Source: Candidatus Fermentibacteraceae bacterium (lineage in GTDB: Bacteria > Fermentibacterota > Fermentibacteria > Fermentibacterales > JCC-6). Taken from it: a stretch of DNA of 58,412 bases. Position 1 is the first letter of the stretch. Every line of letters begins with the position of its first letter. Positions 36,315-43,582 of this stretch are shown here, piece by piece. The DNA lies in contig JAWLEP010000005.1 of assembly GCA_041686025.1 (NCBI GenBank), forward strand, positions 1 to 58,412, given 5' to 3'. The translations under genes were made by a program, and so were the position numbers. The notes under the pieces are model-generated. The model was given only the letters and a program-made list of their open reading frames with translations, made no database searches and was not told the DNA's origin.

Positions 36315-37667
36315 TCAGCCCCGATCTCTGGGAATGGCGTCGAAGAGGCCGAAGACCTGCCGGTTCTTCTCCTCCTCGCGCTCCCTGGTCTCTCTCTCCT
36401 CGTCGGTCTCCCCCGCCCTCTCCTCCTCCTGCGCCGGCGGCTCCTGCGGCTCCCGGGGCGTCTCATCCGCATCCACTTCGGTCTCCCGGGGCTCCTCCGT
36501 GTCTTCTTCCCGCTGCGACGTTTCCGCCGCAGGCCCCGAAGCCCTCGCGCCCGAGGGCGGGAGGCTGTCTATGGCCAGCGCCTGGGCCAGCCTGGATGCG
36601 GTCATGACCGCCGTCTCCAGGGCCACCCTGGGCAGGGAGTCGCGCCGGGCCTCCCGGGAGGCGGCGCCGAGAATGCGGATGAGGTTGAGCACCGTGAGGT
36701 CGTCGGTGAGCTCGGCCAGGCGGCGGAAGGCGTCGGCCTCCGCGTCGGAGACGCCCTCCAGGCCGGAAGGGGCACCGGCGGCCACCAGCATCAGGTTGCG
36801 GAGGTAGACCACCAGCGAATCCAGGAGCTCCACGGAATCGTGGCCCCTGGACATGGCTCCCGCCACGCTCTCCAGGGCTCCCGCCGAATCTCCGCGAAGC
36901 ATGGCGGAGACTATGGCCTCCAGGAGGTCTGCGCCCACCAGACCCAGCAGCTCGGAGACCACGTCGGAGTCTATGGGGCCCCCGGCGTAGGAGACCAGCT
37001 GGTCCATGATGGACAGGGCGTCCCTCATGCTGCCTCCGCTGGCGCGGCAGACCATGAGCAGGGCCCTCCTGTCGATCTCTATGCCCTCCCGGGAGGCCTC
37101 CCCGCTTATGTAGTCGGCCATCACGGCGGAGGGTATCCGCCGGAAGTCGAAGCGCTGGCATCTGCTGAGTATGGTGGCCGGCACCTTGCGGGGAGCGGTG
37201 GTGGCGAAGATGAAGACCACCCGCTCCGGAGGCTCCTCCAGTATCTTCAGCAGGGCGTTGAAGGCCTCGTTGGTGAGCATGTGGACCTCGTCGATGATGT
37301 AGACCTTGTACCTGCCCGAGGACGAGGCGTACCTCACCTTCTGGCGGAGTTCCCTTATCTCGTCTATGCCCCTGTTGCTGGCGCCGTCTATCTCCATGAC
37401 GTCAAGGTGGTTCCCCCGGGTGATCCCCACGCACGCCTCGCACTCGCCGCAGGGGTCGGGAGTCGGTCCCCGACTGCAGTTGAGGGCCTTGGCCAGTATG
37501 CGCGCCGTGGTGGTCTTTCCCACGCCCCTGGGTCCGGTGAAGAGGTAGGAATGTCCGACCCTGCCGCTCTTTATGGCGTTGCGGAGGGTGACCGTTACGT
37601 GGTCCTGGGCCAGAACCTGGTCGAATGTCTGAGGACGCCACTTCCGTGCGAAGACCAGATAGCCCAA
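36315..37667 (-). CDS. dnaX: DNA polymerase III subunit gamma/tau
   Basis: TTG 37667 after AAAGGAG; YLVFARKWRPQTF, LFTGPRGVGKTT, PCGECEAC, EIDGASN, IIDEVHML, TILSRCQ, GSMRDALS. Confidence 0.96.
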   Translation of the reverse strand: MGYLVFARKWRPQTFDQVLAQDHVTVTLRNAIKSGRVGHSYLFTGPRGVGKTTTARILAKALNCSRGPTPDPCGECEACVGITRGNHLDVMEIDGASNRGIDEIRELRQKVRYASSSGRYKVYIIDEVHMLTNEAFNALLKILEEPPERVVFIFATTAPRKVPATILSRCQRFDFRRIPSAVMADYISGEASREGIEIDRRALLMVCRASGGSMRDALSIMDQLVSYAGGPIDSDVVSELLGLVGADLLEAIVSAMLRGDSAGALESVAGAMSRGHDSVELLDSLVVYLRNLMLVAAGAPSGLEGVSDAEADAFRRLAELTDDLTVLNLIRILGAASREARRDSLPRVALETAVMTASRLAQALAIDSLPPSGARASGPAAETSQREEDTEEPRETEVDADETPREPQEPPAQEEERAGETDEERETREREEEKNRQVFGLFDAIPRDRG

Positions 37668-37701
37668 GGGAGCTCCTTTCCGTCCGATGGATGGCTCTGG
37701 C

Positions 37702-37967
37702 GGCCGTACGGCCCGGTTCGACACCCCGGACGCCGTCTTCCCCGGCAGCCGGCTCAGAACAGGTTGTACCGCGTCGCCCGGTGACTGCCGCTTACCGCTG
37801 CTACCTTCCGGTCCTGACGGGGTTCACGGGCCACCGCCGCGCGGCTCCTGCTCATCATCACTGCTTACCGGTTCCGTCCGACGCCAGGCAGTGCCTCGCC
37901 GGGTGTTCGGTCCCGCTATAGCGGATTGCGGGTACAGGGCACCGCTGGCTCCCCACCTAGTACGGCC
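37702..37967 (-). ncRNA. ffs: Signal recognition particle RNA, large (Alu-domain-containing) type
   Basis: 5' GGCCGTACTAGGTGGGGAGCCAGCGGTGCCCTGTACCCGCAATCCGCTATAGCGGG (Alu domain); helix-8 core GTGAACCCCGTCAGGACCGGAAGGTAGCAGCGGTAAGC; ends pair (GGCCGTAC/GTACGGCC); 266 nt; upstream of dnaX. Confidence 0.95.
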
Positions 37968-37994
37968 GGGCATGAATATATGGCCAGGAGGTGG

Positions 37995-39383
37995 CTAGTC
38001 CAAAGACCCCGGGACCACCACCAGACGGTAGAGCGAGGAGTCGGGAATGGCGGGAATCCCCGGGGGAAGATCGCCGACGCAGCCGCTGGGCTCGCCCTGC
38101 AGCTCCCGGCTGCCGTTGACGAAGAGCGGGTAGCGTTCCGTCCACGGGGCCCCGCCGGCCACGCTGGTCTCGGTCTCCACGATCACGGCGGTGCTCCCGG
38201 CGGCCTCCGGCTCCAGCTCCTCCAGCCACCGCGAGAAGGCGGCCGCCTGGTCGCTGCGGACGGCCACGATCCTCCTCACCGCCACGAAGCTGTCGATCCC
38301 CGCCGCCGAGGCGGGCCCGGCAGCCAGCGAATCCATCAGGGTGTCGGAGACCAGGCCGTAGACGGCACCTTCGAACCGCTCCCATCGGGGGTCCGGGGCG
38401 CCGGCCAGGGTCTGCCGGAAGCTGTCGGCGGCCAGGTCCAGGGAGTCCTCACCCAGCACCAGCACGCTGACGGGGAGCTCCGGCCCGGGGGGCGGCGGCC
38501 GGGTGTCGGCAGGTGCCGTCGGCTCGAGAGGCATCACCACCTCGGTGGTGTCGGGGCCGGGCTCCTGCGTCGCCGAACCTTCGCAGCTCACCAGCCTGAC
38601 CGTAAGGTAGACAAGGCCGGCCAGCACCGCGGCGGTGAGCAGGAACGGAAGGACCCCCAGGATCCTCCTCCTGCTCAGCCTCCACCTTCGGGCGGCCAGG
38701 AAGCAGACCGAGGCCAGGGCGCCTCCCTGTCGACGGAACCTGAGCCTGGCCTTTCCGGACAGATGCATCAGGCACTCCCGGCCGCAGGCTCCCGAGGCGA
38801 TGTCCCCGGGTTCCAGCCGCAGCCAGGCTTCCGCCGTCAGCAGCAGCACCGCCTCCCCCGGCGACATGCGGAGCTCGGCGGTATCCGGAGCGGCCCTGCG
38901 CTCTCCCAGGTGGGCCGTCAGGTCCCGCGACCGCTCCAGGAACCCCGGCGAGTCGAAACCGAGGCCCATCTGGACCGCCAGGGTGTGCTCCCGCCCCACC
39001 TGTTCTGCGGAGTCCCGGGATACCCGGTAGATGCGGCAGTTTCCCCTGTGGGCCAGCCAGATCCTGTCGCCGAGGTAGGCGGCGGCGGCTATGGAGCAGC
39101 CCTGGAGGCCGGCGTCACGGATCCTCTCCGAGGCCTCTTCCACGGCGTCGGCAAGCGCTTCCCCCACGCCGTAGGCAACGCCCTCGCCGAAGATGTCGCG
39201 CACCGTGGAGACCGCCAGCGAGGCGGAGCGGTCGTCCCCCGGCAGACCCTCGGCAACCGCCACCATCCCTGCGAAGGGATGGCCCGGCTCCACGCTCTCG
39301 GCCGCCGTGGATCTCTGGTGCCTGCTGCGGCCTCTCTGGACCAGGCAGGAGGCGGAGATGGAGGGAGGCAAGTCAGCTCTCAA
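37995..39383 (-). CDS. PP2C/PPM-fold domain (degenerate) + single TM + extracytoplasmic domain
   Basis: VAVAEG, LAHRGNCRIYR, EHTL, LTAHLG, GEAVLLLT follow PP2C motif order; TM RRRILGVLPFLLTAAVLAGLVYL; TTG start with SD GGAGGT. Confidence 0.7.
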   Translation of the reverse strand: MRADLPPSISASCLVQRGRSRHQRSTAAESVEPGHPFAGMVAVAEGLPGDDRSASLAVSTVRDIFGEGVAYGVGEALADAVEEASERIRDAGLQGCSIAAAAYLGDRIWLAHRGNCRIYRVSRDSAEQVGREHTLAVQMGLGFDSPGFLERSRDLTAHLGERRAAPDTAELRMSPGEAVLLLTAEAWLRLEPGDIASGACGRECLMHLSGKARLRFRRQGGALASVCFLAARRWRLSRRRILGVLPFLLTAAVLAGLVYLTVRLVSCEGSATQEPGPDTTEVVMPLEPTAPADTRPPPPGPELPVSVLVLGEDSLDLAADSFRQTLAGAPDPRWERFEGAVYGLVSDTLMDSLAAGPASAAGIDSFVAVRRIVAVRSDQAAAFSRWLEELEPEAAGSTAVIVETETSVAGGAPWTERYPLFVNGSRELQGEPSGCVGDLPPGIPAIPDSSLYRLVVVPGSLD

Positions 39384-39425
39384 TGGCGGACCTCCCTTGC
39401 CTCTCTGCGGGTGCCATGGAAGGAG

Positions 39426-39501
39426 TGGTGGAGATGAGCGGGATCGAACCGCCGACCTCTGCCTTGCGAAGGCAGCGCTCTGCCAACTGAGCTACATCCC
39501 C
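39426..39501 (-). tRNA. tRNA-Ala (CGC)
   Basis: GGGGATGTAGCTCAGTTGGCAGAGCGCTGCCTTCGCAAGGCAGAGGTCGGCGGTTCGATCCCGCTCATCTCCACCA; G3.U70 identity pair present. Confidence 0.97.
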
Positions 39502-39550
39502 ACGCAGGGCTGCAATATTGCCCATCCGGACCGAGAGGTGCAAGCCCCTG

Positions 39551-41617
39551 TCAGCAGGAGATGAGCACCCGGCCCTCACCGGAGGCCAGAAGGAATCCCT
39601 CCCCCGCATCTTCGGCAGGTTCCAGCTTCACATCGCCCTCCACGGCCACCATGGACTCGCCGGAAATCCTCAGGCAGCCGTCGCCGCCGGTGCAGCTGAG
39701 CCATCTGAAACGGCCCCCGGCCAGAAGCGCCAGGCTGCCCTCTCCGCCGACTCCGGCCAGGCCGTTCCCGTCGGCTTCCTCCAGCTCCACCGAGCTCTGT
39801 CGCAGCGCCAGGCGGCCGGGACGGACCCGCAGCCCATCGGAGACGCTGAGGGAAACGGGCACGGCGGCGCCATCGCCTATCCATGCCCTGCCCGAGCCCC
39901 GCAGCAGCGTCGTGCCGTCTTCCTCGGAGGCCTCCAGCGACCCGTCGGCTGCGGCCAGGATACCCGTCGTCACAACGACCTCGACGTCTTCGAGGTACAC
40001 CACCGCCACGCTCTCGGGGGCGGGCCTGTGGCATACTATGCCGGCCTTCCGCCCGGCGGGCGCCTCCTCTTCGGCCGGTTCCTCTTCCGGCCGGGGGGCT
40101 TCCTCCGCCGAAGGCTCCTCGGCCTTCTCTTCGGCCTCTTCGGGAAGCTCCTCGGCGGGGGTTTCTTCCCCGACAGGCTCCTCCTCGGCCTCCTCCTTCT
40201 TTTCGGGCCCTCCGCCGAATATGGAGGACAGCGAGGGGCCGGCCTTCCTCTCCTCGGCTCCGGCTTCCTCCTCGGCGGCCTCCTCCGGCTCCTCTTCCCC
40301 GGCTTCGGTGCCGGCTCCACCGAATATCGACGCCAGGGAGGGACCCGTCTTCTCTCCGGCAGGCTCTTCCCCGGGCTCCACATCCTCGGGAGCCTCTTCC
40401 GCGGGGGGCTCTTCCTTCTCCATTTCCTCTTCGGCCGCGGGCTCTTCGGCGACAGCCTCCTCCTCGGCCTGCTCTTCGGCGACAGCCTCCTCCGGGGGTT
40501 CCTGCGCCTCGGCTCCCTCTTCCTCCGGGGCCTTCTCCCCTTCGTCCTCCTCCTTACCGGGAGCGGGGGCTCCGCCGAATATCGCCGCCAGGGAAGGACC
40601 CTCCTTCTCTTCAGCAGGCTCCTCTTCCGCGGGGGGCTCTTCCTTCTCCATCTCCTCTTCGGCGACAGGCTCCTCCCCGGCTTCCTCCTCTGCGGGGGAC
40701 TCCTCCTCCTGCGCCTCTTCTTCGGCCCCGCCGAATATGGCCTCCAGAGAGGTTTCGCCTTCCTCCTCCTCTTCGTCCTCAGCAGCGGCCTGCGGCTCCT
40801 CGGGCTCCTTGGGAGGACCGCCGAATATGGCGTCGAGGGACGGCCCCTCCTGCGTCTCTTCGGCCTGCTGAGGCTCTTCTGCCCCGGGGGCCTCCGCATC
40901 GGCCGTCTCTTCTTCTCCGGCCTCGGCCTGCCGGGCGCCTTCGCCCCCGAGAATCTCGGAGATGTCCCTGGTCTGCTGCTGCTTCTTCTTGGACGAATCA
41001 CCCAGGTCGATGCCCATGCTGCTCAGCAGCTCGGCCACGTCGGTGCCCTCTTCCCCCTCGGCCTCTGCGGGAGCCACTCCTATGTCCTTCAGGAGCTTCT
41101 CCACATCGTCCTCGGACGCCGAGGCGAAGACGCCCTCCTCGGACTCGTCGTCGGGGTAGACCTGCATGTCTCCCGCCCTCCGCACGGCCTCCTCCGGCTG
41201 TCCGGCTTCCTCTTCGGCTATCTCTTCCGGCTCGGCGCTGTCGGGCCTGTCCTTCAGACGGTTCAGGGCCACCGCAGCGGCATGGTTGTCCGGCTCGTGC
41301 TCCAGGACTACGCTGTAGTTGTCCCGGGCGAGGGCGTACTCGCCCATCTCCTCCATGACCTGCCCCAGCCTGAAGTGATGCGAGGAGCTGCCCACATCCA
41401 GGGTGGTAAGGGTCTCCAGCTGGGCCCGGGCCTCCGACCACAGTCCCAGACTCATGCAGCAGTCGGCCAGGAGGCTCCGGGCCTTGGGCCTGGTGCCTAT
41501 CAGGGATATGGCCTTCAGAAGAAGCTCCCTGGCCTGCTCGGCCAGACCCCTGGAGAGGTAGTCCTCCGCCTCCTTGCAAAGGGCATCGTAGGTATCGCTT
41601 GTAAACGCATCGGACAT
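39551..41617 (-). CDS. TPR protein with long acidic repeat region and C-terminal AIM24/TRAP-like beta domain
   Basis: ATG 41617 after GGGGAGGT; N-terminal TPR helices; >400 aa rich in E/A/P; C-terminal beta-rich repeats (LRGSGRAWI, GVGGEGSLALL, LASGEGRVLI). Confidence 0.75.
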   Translation of the reverse strand: MSDAFTSDTYDALCKEAEDYLSRGLAEQARELLLKAISLIGTRPKARSLLADCCMSLGLWSEARAQLETLTTLDVGSSSHHFRLGQVMEEMGEYALARDNYSVVLEHEPDNHAAAVALNRLKDRPDSAEPEEIAEEEAGQPEEAVRRAGDMQVYPDDESEEGVFASASEDDVEKLLKDIGVAPAEAEGEEGTDVAELLSSMGIDLGDSSKKKQQQTRDISEILGGEGARQAEAGEEETADAEAPGAEEPQQAEETQEGPSLDAIFGGPPKEPEEPQAAAEDEEEEEGETSLEAIFGGAEEEAQEEESPAEEEAGEEPVAEEEMEKEEPPAEEEPAEEKEGPSLAAIFGGAPAPGKEEDEGEKAPEEEGAEAQEPPEEAVAEEQAEEEAVAEEPAAEEEMEKEEPPAEEAPEDVEPGEEPAGEKTGPSLASIFGGAGTEAGEEEPEEAAEEEAGAEERKAGPSLSSIFGGGPEKKEEAEEEPVGEETPAEELPEEAEEKAEEPSAEEAPRPEEEPAEEEAPAGRKAGIVCHRPAPESVAVVYLEDVEVVVTTGILAAADGSLEASEEDGTTLLRGSGRAWIGDGAAVPVSLSVSDGLRVRPGRLALRQSSVELEEADGNGLAGVGGEGSLALLAGGRFRWLSCTGGDGCLRISGESMVAVEGDVKLEPAEDAGEGFLLASGEGRVLISC
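40030..40960 (-). repeat. Intragenic dispersed repeat encoding (G/E)(P/T)SLxxIFGG in an acidic linker
   Basis: CC(G/A)CCGAATAT on the + strand at 40212, 40317, 40572, 40728 and 40818, plus a duplicated EEEMEKEEPPAEE. Confidence 0.85.
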
Positions 41618-41740
41618 ATGTCGAACCTCCCCTGGCACTGGCTTGCATCAGCCGGCGGAGCCGGTGGCACTGGCGGAGAAGGCAGGCGACATGTCACCGG
41701 TCGTCTGAGGCAAGTCCCACGTGGCGCAATAAGATAGGTG

Positions 41741-41833
41741 TGGCGGAGAGAGAGGGATTCGAACCCTCGAGGACGCATAAGCGCCCTACACGGTTTCCAA
41801 CCGTGCTCCTTCGGCCAGCTCGGACATCTCTCC
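41741..41833 (-). tRNA. tRNA-Ser (GGA)
   Basis: GGAGAGATGTCCGAGCTGGCCGAAGGAGCACGGTTGGAAACCGTG...GAGGGTTCGAATCCCTCTCTCTCCGCCA; long variable arm, G73. Confidence 0.97.
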
Positions 41834-41847
41834 GCACAGGCCGGTAT

Positions 41848-41876
41848 TAGATAGGAAAGGCATCAAAACTTGTCAA
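41848..41876 (-). promoter_or_regulatory. sigma70 promoter of tRNA-Ser(GGA)
   Basis: TTGACA-N17-TATCTA. Confidence 0.7.
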
Positions 41877-41898
41877 CATGAGAGCCCTGGCCTACAAT
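41870..41898 (+). promoter_or_regulatory. Divergent near-consensus sigma70 promoter with no full-length gene downstream
   Basis: TTGTCA (41870-41875)-N17-TACAAT (41893-41898); its -35 overlaps the tRNA promoter -35. Confidence 0.65.
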
Positions 41899-41950
41899 TT
41901 GTAATGACGGAGGAACAAAATAAATACCAACCAGGGAGGTATCTAATGTT

Positions 41951-42031
41951 CACGTAAGTGCCACGTAAGTGCCAGGCACTTGAATTGAACGGTAAGGCGG
42001 TAGGATGTTAGCGTAAGTGCCTGGCACTTAC
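41951..42031. repeat. Cluster of short palindromes/direct repeats (REP-like)
   Basis: Tandem CACGTAAGTGC x2 (41951-41972); palindrome AAGTGCC-A-GGCACTT (41967-41981); palindrome GTAAGTGCC-T-GGCACTTAC (42013-42031). Confidence 0.8.
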
Positions 42032-42624
42032 ATGGCAGACAGATGGGCGCGGAGGCGGGCCAGGAGGCGGGAGACGGGCAGGCCCATAACGTTGAAGTAG
42101 CAGCCGTCTATCCGCTCCACCAGAACGCAGCCGTAGCCCTGGATGCCGTAGGCGCCGGCCTTGTCCATGGGCTCGCCGGTCTCCACGTAGGCGGCGATCT
42201 CCTTCCCGGAGAGGGAGCGGAAGCGCACCCTGGTCCTCTCCACCACGGACACGTCCAGCCCCTTCTCCGGCCAGAGGATGCAGGCGCCGCCGTAGACGGA
42301 GTGCCAGGAGCCGGAGAGCCGGCGCAGCATCTCCTCCGCCTCCCGGCGGTGGGCCGGCTTGCCCAGGATATCGTCCTCCACGGCCACCATGGTGTCGCCG
42401 CCCAGCACCGGATTGCGGGGGTGGCGGGGCGCCACGTCCAGGGCCTTGGCCCGGGCCCAGTGGGCCACTACATCCCCCGGCCCACCCTCCATGGCCGTCT
42501 CCTCCACCGAGCTGGGGTCCTGCAGAAAGGGTATGCCCGCCATCTCCAGGATGAGGGCGCGGCGGGGGGAGCGGCTGGCCAGAACCAGCTCGGCGTCCAG
42601 CGGGTACCAGTAGCTGCCGGCCAA
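42028..42624 (-). CDS. maf: Maf family nucleoside triphosphate pyrophosphatase (YhdE-type)
   Basis: LVLASRSPRR, AKA, GGDTMV, ILGKP, LSG..H, GEPMDKAGAYGIQG, YFNVMGLP; TTG 42624. Confidence 0.94.
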   Translation of the reverse strand: MAGSYWYPLDAELVLASRSPRRALILEMAGIPFLQDPSSVEETAMEGGPGDVVAHWARAKALDVAPRHPRNPVLGGDTMVAVEDDILGKPAHRREAEEMLRRLSGSWHSVYGGACILWPEKGLDVSVVERTRVRFRSLSGKEIAAYVETGEPMDKAGAYGIQGYGCVLVERIDGCYFNVMGLPVSRLLARLRAHLSAM

Positions 42625-42626
42625 GC

Positions 42627-43079
42627 TCAGCCGCGCTCCGCCGGGGAGTCGACCATGATGGTGACAGGCCCGTCGTTGACCAGCGAAACCTCCATCATGG
42701 CCCCGAAGCTGCCGCTTTCCACCGCGGCTCCATAGCCCCTGAGCATCTCCAGGAAGAGGTTGTAGAGGACCTCCGCCTGCCGGGGCGGCGCCGCGTCCAT
42801 GAAGCTTGGCCGCCGGCCCTTGCGGCAGTTGGCGTGAAGGGTGAACTGGCTCACCACCAGCAGGCTGCCCCCGCTGTCCAGAAGGGACCTGTTCATGTCG
42901 CCTCCCTGGTCGGGGAAGATCCTCAGGCCGGTGATCTTTCCCGCCATCCAGCCGAGCTGGGACTCGTCGTCCTCGGCGCGGAAGCCGGCCAGGACCAGCA
43001 GGCCAGGGCCGATGCTTCCCACCATCTCGCCGTCTGCGGTTACCGATGCCCGGCTGACCCTCTGCACCAGGGCCTTCAC
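42627..43079 (-). CDS. dtd: D-aminoacyl-tRNA deacylase
   Basis: KALVQRV, LRIF, VSQFTL, KGRRPSF, FGAMMEVSLVNDGPVTI. Confidence 0.97.
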   Translation of the reverse strand: MKALVQRVSRASVTADGEMVGSIGPGLLVLAGFRAEDDESQLGWMAGKITGLRIFPDQGGDMNRSLLDSGGSLLVVSQFTLHANCRKGRRPSFMDAAPPRQAEVLYNLFLEMLRGYGAAVESGSFGAMMEVSLVNDGPVTIMVDSPAERG

Positions 43080-43582
43080 AGCTCCTCGGGCCCTTCCTCT
43101 TCGGGGCCGAAGCTGTCCGACTCATCCGTCCTCAGTGCCACCACCATGCCGGGGACGGCTCCCACCACCAGGCCCGACAGGCTTCCCAGGCCCAGGGGCA
43201 GGCCAACCAGCTGCATTGCCCTGCCGGCCCGCAGGAGGGCCTGCGGGGCTGCCATGTAGACGGCCGCCAGCCTCAGACAGCACCCGGCCAGCAGCAGCAC
43301 GGCCCCGGCCCAGCGGAGGGCCGGGGGCGAGAGGAAGACGGTGACGTCCAGGACGAAGGAGTCCAGGGCGCTGACCAGCAGGACGACGTACATGGCCAGC
43401 TGCGAGAGGTTCATGCCCGGCCGCTTGCGCGCCCCCTCGGCCAGCGACCACAGCAGGTACACGGCCACGCAGACACCGGAGACCTGGAACACGGGGTCGT
43501 TCCATGGCAGGTTCAGCTCCAGCAGCCCGGTGGCCCAGAGGAGGGCCACCACGACTGCCAGAACGAGTATGCGGGCGGCCAA
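43076..43582 (-). CDS. Hypothetical membrane protein
   Basis: 168 aa with ~5 hydrophobic helices; abuts both neighbours. Confidence 0.7.
   Translation of the reverse strand: MAARILVLAVVVALLWATGLLELNLPWNDPVFQVSGVCVAVYLLWSLAEGARKRPGMNLSQLAMYVVLLVSALDSFVLDVTVFLSPPALRWAGAVLLLAGCCLRLAAVYMAAPQALLRAGRAMQLVGLPLGLGSLSGLVVGAVPGMVVALRTDESDSFGPEEEGPEEL

Noticed and set aside
36267..36472. Programmed frameshift extending dnaX
   Set aside because: No slippery heptamer is visible, and the alternative frame is an Arg-rich shadow ending at the ybaB start.
40030..40960. CRISPR-like periodicity of the CCGCCGAATAT repeats
   Set aside because: The repeats are short, in-frame and coding, with irregular 90-255 nt spacing, and there are no cas genes.
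41671..41679. TGGCGGAGA copy of the tRNA-Ser 3' end as a possible att site
   Set aside because: Only 9 bp, 70 nt from the tRNA, with no integrase or cargo between; compatible with chance.
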